Position numbers and translations under genes: made by a program | NCBI GenBank assembly: GCA_963816355.1 | Contig: CAWFKH010000004.1 | Span: 256,001-320,000 of the forward strand | DNA length: 64,000 bases | Direction: 5' to 3' | From: an uncultured Gemmatimonadales bacterium | Lineage (GTDB): Bacteria > Gemmatimonadota > Gemmatimonadetes > Longimicrobiales > RSA9 | Shown here: piece after piece, positions 46,980 through 58,800 of the stretch | Layout of the letters: each line of letters starts with the position of its first letter | Numbering within the stretch: the first letter of the stretch is position 1 | The notes under the pieces: model-generated | Told to the model about the DNA's origin: nothing | Databases searched by the model: none | What the model saw: only the letters and a program-made list of their open reading frames with translations

Positions 46980-47384
46980 CTACTCACCCGCGCAGATCAC
47001 CACGTTCGGGACCGTGTCCACCGTGAACGTCGACGGCGCATCTCCCACGCGCACCGTGCAGTACTGCGTCGCGGCGAGCGCCGAGTGCGTGGTCTTCGCT
47101 TCCCAGCCGGTCGTCCCCGCACCGGCGACCGTGATCGTCACGCCCTGCGACGGCTGATACCCCGCGGCGCTCACCGTCGACGCGTAAGAATAGCTGTTCG
47201 CCGGGTCCGAATAGTAGATCTCCTGCTGCGCCTGCAGGTTCTTCAGATCCGACTTCATCGCCGAGAAGTACGCCTTCTCGCGCATCGTCGTGAACTTCGG
47301 GATCGCGATCGCGGCCAGAATGCCGATGATCACCACCACGATCAACAGCTCGATGAGCGTGAAGCCCTTCCTGTCCTTCAGCAT
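46980..47384 (-). CDS. pilA: type IV major pilin
   Basis: MLKDRKG|FTLIELLIVVVIIGILAAIAIP, C-terminal Cys pair and an upstream sigma54-like promoter. Confidence 0.9.
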   Translation of the reverse strand: MLKDRKGFTLIELLIVVVIIGILAAIAIPKFTTMREKAYFSAMKSDLKNLQAQQEIYYSDPANSYSYASTVSAAGYQPSQGVTITVAGAGTTGWEAKTTHSALAATQYCTVRVGDAPSTFTVDTVPNVVICAGE

Positions 47385-47439
47385 GCGAATCCTCCGGGTG
47401 ACGTACACGTGTCGGGGAGCACCGAACGCCCCCGGAGGG

Positions 47440-47455
47440 GGCAATCTGCATACCG
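47440..47455 (-). promoter_or_regulatory. sigma54 (-24/-12) promoter of pilA
   Basis: Minus strand reads CGGTATG-CAGA-TTGCC (GG-N10-GC). Confidence 0.68.
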
Positions 47456-47492
47456 GCCGGGCACGCCCCGGAACCGGTCCTGTAAACTATCT

Positions 47493-47509
47493 TGTAACAA
47501 CACTTTACA
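47493..47509. promoter_or_regulatory. palindromic TGTAA-N7-TTACA site upstream of the pilA promoter
   Basis: TGTAACAACACTTTACA within an AT-rich patch. Confidence 0.5.
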
Positions 47510-47513
47510 TGCC

Positions 47514-49532
47514 TCAGCCCGTAGAGTCCGCCGGCGTGCGACCCCGCAATCGGGTTGCATTGTGCGAATCCGTTGCAGATTTCAGCGGCGCCAGGAGCGA
47601 ATCGAGCAGCGCGCCGAGCGGGGGCGCGGTGGGGGCGAGCGCGGCGGCGGCGCGCCTGGCGGAATCGGCGGCGTGGATCGCGGCGCTCGTATCGCCGGCG
47701 GCGGCGAGGGCGCGGGCGAGGTAAGCCCAGCGGAGCGGCCGAGCGGGGTCGCGGAAGTCGAGAGAGCGCCGCAGGGCGACGGCGGCGTCGCGGGGGCGGC
47801 CGATCTCGAGGAGGGCGCGGCCGCGGAGGCCCAGGAGGGGTCCGGAGGCGCCGGCGAGGTCTTCGGCGCGGCGGAGCGCGGCGAGCGCGTCGTCGTAGCG
47901 GTGGTCCTGGAAGAGCGCGAAGGCGAGGAGCGACGAAGCGTAGGTGGCCGCGGGGTGAAGCGCCACGGCGCGGCGGAGGAGGCGGACGGCGAGGCCGGGC
48001 CGGTCGGTGCGGAGCGCGAAACCGGCGTAGTCGGCGAGCATGTCGGAGTCGTAGGGCCAGAGGCGGTACGCGAGCTCGAAGCGGTCGCCGGCGGCGGCGG
48101 TGTCGCCGGCGGCGAAGCTGGCGGCGGCCGCAGACCACTGCGCGCGGTACGACTCCGGGTGGTCACGGATGAGCGAGCGGTCGACGGCGGCGGTGCTGCG
48201 CCACACCGGATTGCGGGCGGCGGTGCGGACGGCGAAGGCGGTGAGGAGGACGGCGAAAGCGGCGGGCGCCGCGCGTAGGGGCAGACGCGCGGAAAAGGCA
48301 GCCGGGGCGGCGCGGGCGCGCCGGTAGGCGTCGGCGAGGAACGCCGCCGCGAGCGCGACGCCGACGGAGGGGAGGTAGAGCGTCCGCTCGGCGACGAGCA
48401 CCCCGACCGGGAAGAGGAGGTTGGACACGGGCAGGATCGCGAGCAGCACCCACGCGGCGGGCAGACCGACCCGCGGCCTCAGCGGGGTGGCGAGCGCGAG
48501 CAGAGCGGTTCCGCCGAGCAGCACGGCGCCGAGCGCGGCAGCGGGGGTGAGGGCGGCGACGGGCAGCACGACGCCGGGCGAGTAGTCGGCGGAGAGGTCG
48601 AGTGGCAGGACGAGGAGGCGCGCGTACTCCGGCCACGCCCGGAGCGCGGAGAGGAGGCGGTGCGGCCCGCGCAGGAAGGGCAGGTAGGGCGCCGGATCGG
48701 AACCCGCGATGTGCCCGAGGACGTGGATGCGGAGCGCCAGGTACGCGATCGCCACGGCGGCGAGCGTCGCGAGCAGCGGTCCGGCGCGCCGCGCGTAGGT
48801 GGCCACTCCGGCGAGAGAGGGGCCGGCGCGGCCGAGCGCGAGGTCGAGCGCGACGAGCAGCGCGGGAAGGACGATCGCGTTCTCCTTCGCGAGCATGCCG
48901 GCGGCGTAGAGGGCGGCGATGACGGCGATGCGCGACGGCGCGCCGATCGCCGCGATCCGCGGTGGCGCCGCGGGCGGGCGTGGCGGCGCGGCGGCCGTTG
49001 GCGCCGCGGCGGCGGCGGGGCGCGTGTGGAGCAGGGCGGCGGCGAGGACGGCGGCCGCGGCGAGCAGCTCCGCCTGCCCCACGACGCTCGCGACCGCTTC
49101 GGTGTGGACCGGGTGGAGCGCGAAGAGGAGCGCGCCGCACGCCGCGGGGACGACGTCGACGAAGCGGCGCAGCAGGAGCAGGACGAGCACGGAGACGCCG
49201 GCGTGGGCGAGCACGTCGACCGCGTGGAAGATCCAGGGCGCGCCTCCGCCGAGCCGCCATTCGATGGCGAAAAGGAAGCTGGTGAGCGGACGATAGATCC
49301 CGATCTCGCGGCCGAGCGTGGGCCAGTACGGCGAGAGCCAGAGCGCGCCGGGATGGGCAAGGTCGTGGACGGGCGGGTTGCGGAGGACGATCCAGACGTC
49401 GTCGAGCGCGAAGCCGTTGCCGAGCGAGTTCCAGTAGACGACGACGGCGGCGAGCGCGACGAGCGCGATCGCAGCGCGCGGCGCGATCGCGTCCGTCGCC
49501 GGGCCGGCCGGGGCGGTGCGCGGCGCGCTCAC
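47514..49532 (-). CDS. TMTC-like GT-C membrane glycosyltransferase with C-terminal TPR-like repeats
   Basis: NSLGNGFALDD, YRPLT, FHAVDVLAH, LFALHPVHTEAV..VVG.AELL, KE, SADYS, AERTLYLPS and RNPVW, then helical repeats. Confidence 0.85.
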   Translation of the reverse strand: MSAPRTAPAGPATDAIAPRAAIALVALAAVVVYWNSLGNGFALDDVWIVLRNPPVHDLAHPGALWLSPYWPTLGREIGIYRPLTSFLFAIEWRLGGGAPWIFHAVDVLAHAGVSVLVLLLLRRFVDVVPAACGALLFALHPVHTEAVASVVGQAELLAAAAVLAAALLHTRPAAAAAPTAAAPPRPPAAPPRIAAIGAPSRIAVIAALYAAGMLAKENAIVLPALLVALDLALGRAGPSLAGVATYARRAGPLLATLAAVAIAYLALRIHVLGHIAGSDPAPYLPFLRGPHRLLSALRAWPEYARLLVLPLDLSADYSPGVVLPVAALTPAAALGAVLLGGTALLALATPLRPRVGLPAAWVLLAILPVSNLLFPVGVLVAERTLYLPSVGVALAAAFLADAYRRARAAPAAFSARLPLRAAPAAFAVLLTAFAVRTAARNPVWRSTAAVDRSLIRDHPESYRAQWSAAAASFAAGDTAAAGDRFELAYRLWPYDSDMLADYAGFALRTDRPGLAVRLLRRAVALHPAATYASSLLAFALFQDHRYDDALAALRRAEDLAGASGPLLGLRGRALLEIGRPRDAAVALRRSLDFRDPARPLRWAYLARALAAAGDTSAAIHAADSARRAAAALAPTAPPLGALLDSLLAPLKSATDSHNATRLRGRTPADSTG

Positions 49533-50368
49533 CCGCGTGGCCGCTCGCGCGCGGCGGCGCCGCTGGCAGCGCCGGCGGGCGCCGTCCCTGCGGCCGCGGC
49601 GGCGGAGCGACGGCGCGCGGCGGCCCGGAGGCGGGCGCGGAATCCCACGTGAAGCCGGAGCAGCTCGAACGCGGCGCGGCCGAAGTCGCGCGGGCGCAGC
49701 CGGGATCCGGGCACGTCGCGCCAGCGGTGGAGCGGCACCTCGCAGATCAGGTCGGCGGGGCGGGCGCGCTCCTCGGATGCGATGAGGCGGAAGAGCAACT
49801 CGACGTCGAAGAGCCAGCGGGTGCGGAACGGCGCGGCGAAGAGGTCGCGGAGCTGGCGGTCGGCACGGAAGAGCTTGGCGCCGCACTGCGTGTCGTAGAC
49901 GCGCAGGTCGAGGAGCAGCGACACGGCGGTGGCGAAGATGCGGCCGGCGTAGTGGCGGGCGGCGCGGCGCTCGATGGTGCGGCCGAGGAGCTGGACGCGG
50001 GAGCCGATCACCCAGCGCAGGCCGGGGCGCTCCCGCAGGATGGCGCGGAAGGCGAGCACGTCGTCGAGCGGCGTGGCGAGGTCCGCGTCCCAGTAGCCGA
50101 CGTATTCGACACCCTCCTCGAGCGCGCTCAGCACGCCCTGCCGCACCGCCTCCGCCTTGCCGACGTTGCGTGGCAGGGGGAGCACGCGCACGCGCGCGGG
50201 TGCCTCCGCGCGGAGCGCTTCGAGGCGCCTCAAGGTGTCGTCCCGGCTGCCGTCGTCGACGAAGAGGAGGTCGATGTCCTCGGCGCGGGAGAGGAACTTC
50301 AGGCAGGCGGCGGCGTCGAGGCGGCGGGCCTCGTCGTAGCACGGGATCACGAGCACGGTCTTGGCCAC
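49529..50368 (-). CDS. GT2 glycosyltransferase, polyprenol-phosphate sugar synthase-like (DPG/ALG5 type)
   Basis: VIPCYDE, VDDGSRD, GKAEAVR, DADLATP, DTQCGAKLF and WLFDVELL. Confidence 0.88.
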   Translation of the reverse strand: MAKTVLVIPCYDEARRLDAAACLKFLSRAEDIDLLFVDDGSRDDTLRRLEALRAEAPARVRVLPLPRNVGKAEAVRQGVLSALEEGVEYVGYWDADLATPLDDVLAFRAILRERPGLRWVIGSRVQLLGRTIERRAARHYAGRIFATAVSLLLDLRVYDTQCGAKLFRADRQLRDLFAAPFRTRWLFDVELLFRLIASEERARPADLICEVPLHRWRDVPGSRLRPRDFGRAAFELLRLHVGFRARLRAAARRRSAAAAAGTAPAGAASGAAARERPRG

Positions 50369-50378
50369 GTCGGGCCCC

Positions 50379-51233
50379 TCAGGCGGATCGGGGATCGAGG
50401 CGACCGCCCGGAGAGGGCCGGTGCGTGTCTGCCGCGACGTCCGGGGGGCGGCCGCGGCGCGCCAGCTCGCCCGGCGCGCGACGCAGCAGGGCGAGGAGGC
50501 TGACGCCGCGCGTGTAGGGAGCGGCGCGGCGGTCGAGGGCGCGCAGGAGGCGACGGCGCTCGCCCGCGAAGCACGCCTCGAGCGCGCGATTGGCGAGCGG
50601 CGGCGGAGCGCCGAGGTCGCTGCCTTCGCGGCCCACAGTGAGGCCGGTCGCGCGGCCGAGGGCACGGATCGTCGCCACGAGCGGGTAGAGGCGCGCGTTG
50701 AAGTGGGTCAGGAGCAGCGGCTCGAGCGGCAGCCCGTCCCACAGCCGCGCGAGGCGGTCGCTCGTGTAGCGCCGCCAGTGGCCGAAGCGCTCGTCGTGCG
50801 CGCTCCAGAGGCGCGGCACGGCGGGCACCGTGACGAGCAGGTGGGCGCCCGCGTGCGCGGCGGCCGCGACCGCGGAGAAGAGGGCAAAGTCGTCCTCGAC
50901 GTGCTCCAGCACGTCCATCATCAGGAACGCGTCGGCGGCCGCGGCGTCGTCCGCGAGGGCGTCCGGCGCACGGCCGCGGACGAAGCGGACGCGCGGATAG
51001 CGCCGGGCGGCGAGCTCGATTGCCGGGGCGGCGGTGTCGATGCCGACGCAGCGGTAGCCACCGGCGAGGGCGGCAATGTTCGCGCCCGTGCCGCAGCCGA
51101 CGTCGACCACGAGGCGGTCCTCGCCGGGGGGCACGACGCGCTCGAGGAGCGCGCGCATGATGCGCCGGCGCGCGACGAACCACCAATGACGTTCCTCGAT
51201 GCTCGCGTGGAGCTCGAAGAGCGAAGCATCCAT
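50379..51233 (-). CDS. class I SAM-dependent methyltransferase
   Basis: [32 protein letters not shown] and H.RRY. Confidence 0.88.
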   Translation of the reverse strand: MDASLFELHASIEERHWWFVARRRIMRALLERVVPPGEDRLVVDVGCGTGANIAALAGGYRCVGIDTAAPAIELAARRYPRVRFVRGRAPDALADDAAAADAFLMMDVLEHVEDDFALFSAVAAAAHAGAHLLVTVPAVPRLWSAHDERFGHWRRYTSDRLARLWDGLPLEPLLLTHFNARLYPLVATIRALGRATGLTVGREGSDLGAPPPLANRALEACFAGERRRLLRALDRRAAPYTRGVSLLALLRRAPGELARRGRPPDVAADTHRPSPGGRLDPRSA

Positions 51234-51270
51234 CGCTCCTCCCCTCTCAGCGGCGGGATGGCAAGGCGGC

Positions 51271-52037
51271 TCAGGCCTCGTCGATGGGAGCGGGGCGCCG
51301 CGCCGCCGGCACCGCCGGAGTGGGGGCGGAGCGCGGCCGGAGCAGGTTGAAGCGGAAGATGTGGCCGAAGGCGGCGACGCCGTCCTTCCAGTTGATCTTC
51401 TTCCCCTCCGCGTAGGTGCGGCCGTCGTAGCTGATCGGTACCTCGTAGATGCGGGCGCGCGCCTGCGCGAGGCGGGCGGTGAGCTCCGGCTCGATGCCGA
51501 AGCGCTCGGCGGTGAGCGGCAGCGACCGCATCAGCTCGGAGCGGACCATCTTGTAGCACGTCTCCATGTCGGTGAGGTTCAGGTCCGTGAGCATGTTGGA
51601 GAGGAGCGTGAGCACACCGTTGCCGAGCCGGTGCCAGAAGTAGAGGACTCGGTGCGGCCCGCCCAGGAAGCGGCTGCCGAATACGGCGTCGGCGCGGCCG
51701 GCGGCGATCGGCTCGAGGAGGTGCGGCAGGTCGTGCGGGTCGTACTCCAGGTCCGCGTCCTGGATCACCATCACGTCGCCGGTCGCGGCCGCGATCGCGC
51801 TGCGCACCGCCGCGCCCTTGCCGCGGTTCACGCCGTGCCGTACGACGACGTCGACGAGTCCCTCCTCCCGCAGCGCGTCGAGCACGTCGGCGGTGCCGTC
51901 GCTCGAGCCGTCGTCGACGCAGATCACCTCGAGCTGCAGCGGCACCGTGCGCAGGCGCTCCAGAGCGCGCCGCACCGTCGCTCGCTCGTTGTAGACGGGG
52001 ACGAGGACGCTGACCTTCACCGTGGCCGTGTCGAGGC

Positions 52038-52041
<4 letters not shown>
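51271..52041 (-). CDS. GT2 glycosyltransferase, DPM1-like
   Basis: [37 protein letters not shown] and [10 protein letters not shown]. Confidence 0.9.
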
Positions 52042-53414
<1,373 letters not shown>

Positions 53415-53419
53415 CCTCG

Positions 53420-55051
53420 TCACGCCTCCGCCGCCGACACCGCGTCCGCGCCCGCGTGCACGGCGCGCGGCAGGTACACCGTGAACGTGGCGCCCTTCCC
53501 CTCCCCACCGCCGTCCACGAAGATCGCGCCGCCGTGCGCCTCGACCGCGCGGTGCACCAGCGCGAGCCCGAGACCCGTGCCGGCCGGCCGCGTCGTGAAG
53601 AAGGGATCGAACACGCGCGGGAGATTGCGCGTCGAGATGCCCGGCCCGGAATCGGTGACGCGCACGCGCGCCGCGAGCGGCAGCTCGATGGCGCTCGGCA
53701 GCTCGTCCGTTCTCGCCGCTCTCATGTCGACCCGCACGACGCCCCCGGCCGAGTGCTGAACCCCGTTCAGGACCAGGTTGAAGACGGCGCGATGCAGCAG
53801 ATCGCGGTCGCCGTGGACGAAGATCGGCTCGTCCGGCAGCGCGAGGTCGACCTGCCCGCGCTCGCCGTCCGGATGGCGCCGCGCCAGCTCGACCGCCTCC
53901 GTCACCACCGCCCCGAGATCGATCGGCGACGGCCGTCCCAGCTCGATGCGGCTGTAGTCGATGAACTCCGACAACAGCCGGCTCAGCCGGTCCGATTCCT
54001 TCAGCACCAGCCCCTCCAGCGTCGCACGATCCGCGGCGCCCAGCGCCGGGCTGGAGAGCTGCTCGATCGAGCTCCGGATCGACGCCAGCGGATTCTTGAT
54101 CTCGTGCGCCAACGACGCCGACATCTCGCCCAACGCCTCCAGCCGCTCCGCCCGCCGGTGCAGCTCCTCCAACCGCTTCCCCTCCGTGATGTCCTGGCAC
54201 ACCGCCGTCACCCACGGCGTCGACTCCCGATCCAGCACCGTCGTCCGCACCCCCAGCACGCGACGCCGCCCATCCGACGCCCCCAGACTCGCCTCGAAAC
54301 GCGTCACCGGCACCCGCGTCACCGCCGTCCGCTGCAGGATCGCACCGGCGCCCGGCGCCCGACGGTCCAGCTCCGCCAGGACCGGACGACCCATCCACGA
54401 CTCCCCCACCACCCCCAGAATCCGCTCCGCCGCCGCGTTGATGTAGACCAGCGAGCCACCCCCATCCACCGTCACCACGCCCGTGTCCAACGCGGCCAGA
54501 ATGTCCGTCGTGTCCAGCCGCAGCTGCCGCAGCTCCGACTGCACCTCGCCCAGCTCCGCCCCCGCCCGCCGCAGGCGGTCTCCCAGGAAACCGGTCACCA
54601 CCGCCATCACCCCGAACAGCCCGATCTGCACCAGCACGCTCGTCGGCGGCTCCCCCAGCTGCCAGATGATGTCACCGACGTACAGCACGCTCGAAAGCGC
54701 CGCGATCAACCACCCCCCGGGCACCGGAAGCAGCACCGCCCCCGCCGCGATCACCAACACGTACAGCGGCGCGAAATCGGCGCTCGCGCCCGTCACGTGC
54801 ACCACCACCGTCACCAGCAGCGCGTCGTAGACCACCTGCACGTACAGGTAGTTCTGTCCCGGAGGCCGCCCCCACACCTCCGTCCACCACACGCTCACCA
54901 GCGTGAACGCCACCGTCACCGCCAGCGCGACGCCCGCGATCTCCGGCTGCGGCGGCTGCCGCCACAACCAGTACGCACCCGCGAAGACCACGAGGGCCAC
55001 CATCATCCGGCCCACGTAGATCCACCGCAGCAGCCGTGTCGGCCTCGTCAT
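53420..55051 (-). CDS. pilS: PilS-like sensor histidine kinase (multi-TM, PAS, HisKA, HATPase)
   Basis: About six N-terminal TM helices, PAS (INAAAERIL), AHEIKNPL and GTGLGL. Confidence 0.85.
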   Translation of the reverse strand: MTRPTRLLRWIYVGRMMVALVVFAGAYWLWRQPPQPEIAGVALAVTVAFTLVSVWWTEVWGRPPGQNYLYVQVVYDALLVTVVVHVTGASADFAPLYVLVIAAGAVLLPVPGGWLIAALSSVLYVGDIIWQLGEPPTSVLVQIGLFGVMAVVTGFLGDRLRRAGAELGEVQSELRQLRLDTTDILAALDTGVVTVDGGGSLVYINAAAERILGVVGESWMGRPVLAELDRRAPGAGAILQRTAVTRVPVTRFEASLGASDGRRRVLGVRTTVLDRESTPWVTAVCQDITEGKRLEELHRRAERLEALGEMSASLAHEIKNPLASIRSSIEQLSSPALGAADRATLEGLVLKESDRLSRLLSEFIDYSRIELGRPSPIDLGAVVTEAVELARRHPDGERGQVDLALPDEPIFVHGDRDLLHRAVFNLVLNGVQHSAGGVVRVDMRAARTDELPSAIELPLAARVRVTDSGPGISTRNLPRVFDPFFTTRPAGTGLGLALVHRAVEAHGGAIFVDGGGEGKGATFTVYLPRAVHAGADAVSAAEA

Positions 55052-55121
55052 CGCGCGTCGCGTGGTTCGGGGAATGCCTGCAGACACCGGCGTCGCCGGG
55101 AACAACAGGGGAGGAGCGTTG

Positions 55122-55150
55122 AAGGTAGGACAGGGGCTTGCAGACTGCAA
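55122..55150 (-). promoter_or_regulatory. possible sigma70-type promoter for pilSR
   Basis: Minus strand reads TTGCAG-N17-TACCTT; the -35 box overlaps the palindrome CTTGCAG-A-CTGCAAG. Confidence 0.45.
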
Positions 55151-55179
55151 GGGTGGCGTTTCGCAAATTCCTACGGCCC

Positions 55180-55525
55180 CGCGGAGGGGAGGGCGCGGAG
55201 CATCTCGCGGAGGGCGCGGCGGGTTTTCACGCGGAGTGCGCGGAGGCCGCGGAGGGGGGACCGGCGTAACGCAGCGTGCATGGCACGGCCTGCACTACAT
55301 TCCTCGGGGGTTCTTCGGCTGCGAACGGGCGTCGCGCGAGGAGACCCCAACAGAAGACCGGCGGCTTCAGTGCGACGCCGCTCGCCACACGCGGCGACGC
55401 CGCCCGGCGACGAACCCGACCGCGCCCTCCGCGCCCTCCGCGTGAAACAACCTCACCGGCAACCCCGTTCCGCCGCGACCGATGCAAAGCTCCGGACTGC
55501 AAGCCGCGCCGACGTCGGCCGAGTG
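55180..55525 (+). repeat. dispersed structured repeat, copy B
   Basis: TTTCACGCGGAG at 55225 and CCTCCGCGTGAAA ending at 55447; shares GGTTCTTCGGCTGCGAACGGGCGTCGCGCGA with copy A. Confidence 0.8.
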
Positions 55526-55800
55526 ACAGCGGCCGGCTGGAGGAGGCCCTGTGGAGCCGCGGTCGCCAGGGGCGTGGCGGCTTCAACCCGCTGTGGAGGC
55601 GCGTCGAGGTGCGGGCCGGGACGGAGGAGCGGCGGGGCGTCGGATGAGGGAACATGACGGATCGGCGGCGGGTTACAGGCGGTGTACGCGCGTGGTACAG
55701 CGCTTGCGCGCCAGCGCCGGCGCGCCTTCCGGGCCGGCATGGGAGCCTGCCTTTCCGGCGTCGGCGCTCGACGGTGCGACTTCAGCCACGACGAGGCAGC

Positions 55801-58800
55801 ATGCCGATCCGCTCGCAGTACCGCCCGACGCTCCTCGTCGCGGCGCTCCTCGCTCTCGCGCTGATGCCGGCGCGGGCGCACGCGCAGTACTTCGGCCGCA
55901 ACCAGGTGCAATACGAGGATTTCGACTTCCATATCCTGAGCACCGAGCATTTCAACGTCTACTACTATCCGTCGGAGCGGGAGGTCGCAGAGGACGCGGC
56001 GCGGATGGCGGAGCGGTGGTACTCGCGGCTTTCGGACGCGTTCCAGCACGCATTCCAGGACAAGAAGCCGATCATCCTGTACGCGAACCACGCGGATTTC
56101 GAGCAGACGAACGTGCCGGTGGGCTCGACGGATCAGAGCATCGGCGGCGTGACGGAGCCGATCAAGGACCGGGTGGTGATCCCGCTGGCGTGGACGTATT
56201 CGGACGACGACCACGTGATGGGGCACGAGTTGACGCACGCGTTTCAGTTCGACATCGCGAAGTCGCAGACGGGGCCGGGTCTGGCGGCGCTGAACCGGGT
56301 GCCGGGGTGGATGATCGAAGGGATGGCGGAGTACCTGTCGTTGGGGCGGGTGGACGCGAACACGACGATGTGGCTGCGGGACGCGGTTCTGCACGACAAG
56401 TTCCCGACGATCGACGATCTGCTGAACACGGGGAAGTTCTTTCCGTACCGCTACGGCGAAGCGCTGTGGGCGTACATCGGTGGGAAGTACGGGGACCGCG
56501 CGGTGCCGGCGCTGTTCGGGTTCGCGACGCAGCAGGGTCTGGATGCGGCGGCGCAGCGGGTGCTCGGGCTGACGCTGGATTCGCTGTCGGCGAGATGGGT
56601 GGCGGAGACGAAGGTGGAAGAGCAGAAGGTGATCGCGGACCGGACGAATCCGGACAGCGTCGGCTATCTGCTCGCGGGACCGAACAAGCACAAGGTGGGG
56701 CGGCAGAACCTGTCGCCGGCGCTGAGCCCGGACGGTCGGCTGGTGGCGTTCATTTCGGAGCGGGGCCTGTTCGCGTTCGACCTGTACGTCGCGAACGCGG
56801 AGACGGGTGAGATCGTGCAGCGCCTAACGAGCTCGGCGACGAATCCGCATTTCGACGCGCTCAGCTTCATGAACTCGTCCGGCTCCTTCTCGCCGGATTC
56901 GCGGCAGTTCGCGACGGTCGTGCTGAAGGGTGGCGACCAGAAGGTCGTGATCCTGAACGTGGATGGTGGGGGCGTGCAGCGTACGCTGAAGACGGACGAC
57001 ATCGGTGCGATCGGCGATCCGGCGTGGTCGCCCGATGGCAAGGCGATCGTCTTCTCGGGCAACAAGGGCGGGATCACGGACCTGTACCTCTACGACCTGG
57101 GCACGGACGAGCTGCGGCAGCTGACGCGGGGCCGGGAGACGGAGTTGCAGCCGCAGTGGTCGCCGGACGGGACGCTGATCGCGTACGCGACGGATGCCGG
57201 CGAGGGGACGGACTTCCAGCGCCTGACGTACGCACCGATCGGCATCGACATCATGGACGTCGCGACGGGACGGACGCGGCACCTCAACCTCTTCCCGCAC
57301 ACCAAGAACATCAATCCGCACTTCGCGCCGGACGGCCGGAGCGTCTACTTCGTCTCCGATCCGGACGGCGTTCCGGACGTATTCCGTTTCGAGCTGTCCA
57401 CCGGCCGCGTGTTCCGCGTGACGAACATCGCGACGGGTGTGAGCGGGATCACGGCGCTGTCGCCGACGCTCGGGGTGGCGCGCGACGAAGGGCGGCTGGC
57501 GTTCTCCGTCTTCAACAACCAGGGCTACGACATCCGCGGCATGACGCCGGCGGAGGCGCAGGGCGAGTTGATGGAGACGGTGCAGACGGTGGCGACGGCG
57601 CCGGCCGCGGCGATGCCCCCGGTCAAGTCGGCGCAGGAGGGCCTGGTGCAGGACTACCTGCGCGACCCGGCGACCGGGTTGCCGGTGGCGTCGAGCTTCG
57701 AGGTGAAGCCGTACAGATCGCGCCTCGGGCTGGACCTGATCGGGCCGCCGTCGATCGGCGTGGCGACTTCGAGCTTCGGCACCGGTCTGGCGGGGGGCGT
57801 CTCCGCGTACTTCAGCGACATGCTGGGGAACAAGCAGCTCGGCGTCGCGCTGCAGGCGAACGGGACGGTGAAGGACATCGGCGGGCTCGCGCAGTACGTG
57901 AACCTGGACCACCGGTGGAACTGGGGCGCGGTGGTGGGGCACATTCCGTATCTGCAGATCTTCCGCGGAGTGCAGCTGACGGATCAGCCGGGGGTGGTGG
58001 AGGTTCAGGACCTGCGAAGCCGCATCTTCGTCGACCAGGCGCAGGGGCTGCTGCAGTACCCGTTCTCGCAGAGCCGGCGACTGGAGCTGACAGGCGGATA
58101 CACGCGCTACAGCTACGACTTCGAGGTGAACCGTCTGCTGGTGGCGAGCAACGGCCAGGTGATCGGCCAGCAGCGGACGTCGGCCCCCTCCTGCTCCGCC
58201 GACCCGCAGGAGATCGCTCAGTTCGGCTTCTGCGCCCCGGATCCGCTGAACCTGTTCCAGGCGGCCGTCGCGTACGTGGGTGACAACAGCGTCTTCGGCT
58301 TCACCTCGCCGATCCAGGGCGAGCGCTTCCGCTTCGAAGTCTCTCCGACCGTCGGCACGCTGCAGTACATGACGGGGCTCGCCGACTTCCGGCACTACTT
58401 CTTCTCGAGCCCGGTCACCGTCGCCGTTCGCGGCTACCACTACGGCCGTTACGGCCGGGACGCGGACCGGGATTCGATCCTGGGCCCGCTCTTCCTCGGC
58501 TACGAGTGGCTGGTGCGCGGCTACGACTACTACTCGTTCTCGCCCTCGGAGTGCGGCGCGCCGGCGCAGTCCGCGAACTCCTTCACGGGCTGCCCCGTGA
58601 TCGACCAGCTATTCGGCTCGCGGATCGCCGTGGCCAACCTGGAAGTGCGGGTGCCGCTGCTCGGCGTCGAGCAGTTCGGCCTGATCAACTTCCCGTATCT
58701 GCCGACGGAGCTGAGCGCGTTCGTCGACGCCGGGCTCGCCTGGAGCCACGACAACCCGGCGCGTCTGGCATGGGTGCGCGACCTGTCGCAGTTGCACTGT

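Noticed and set aside
55227..55655. Small ORFs over the repeat copies sharing peptides such as FAAEEPP or SSAANGRRA
   Set aside because: The shared peptides simply reflect the DNA repeat; starts, stops and frames differ between copies.
55735..55751. Sigma54 promoter before the Omp85 fusion gene
   Set aside because: GG-to-GC spacing is 11 rather than the required 10.
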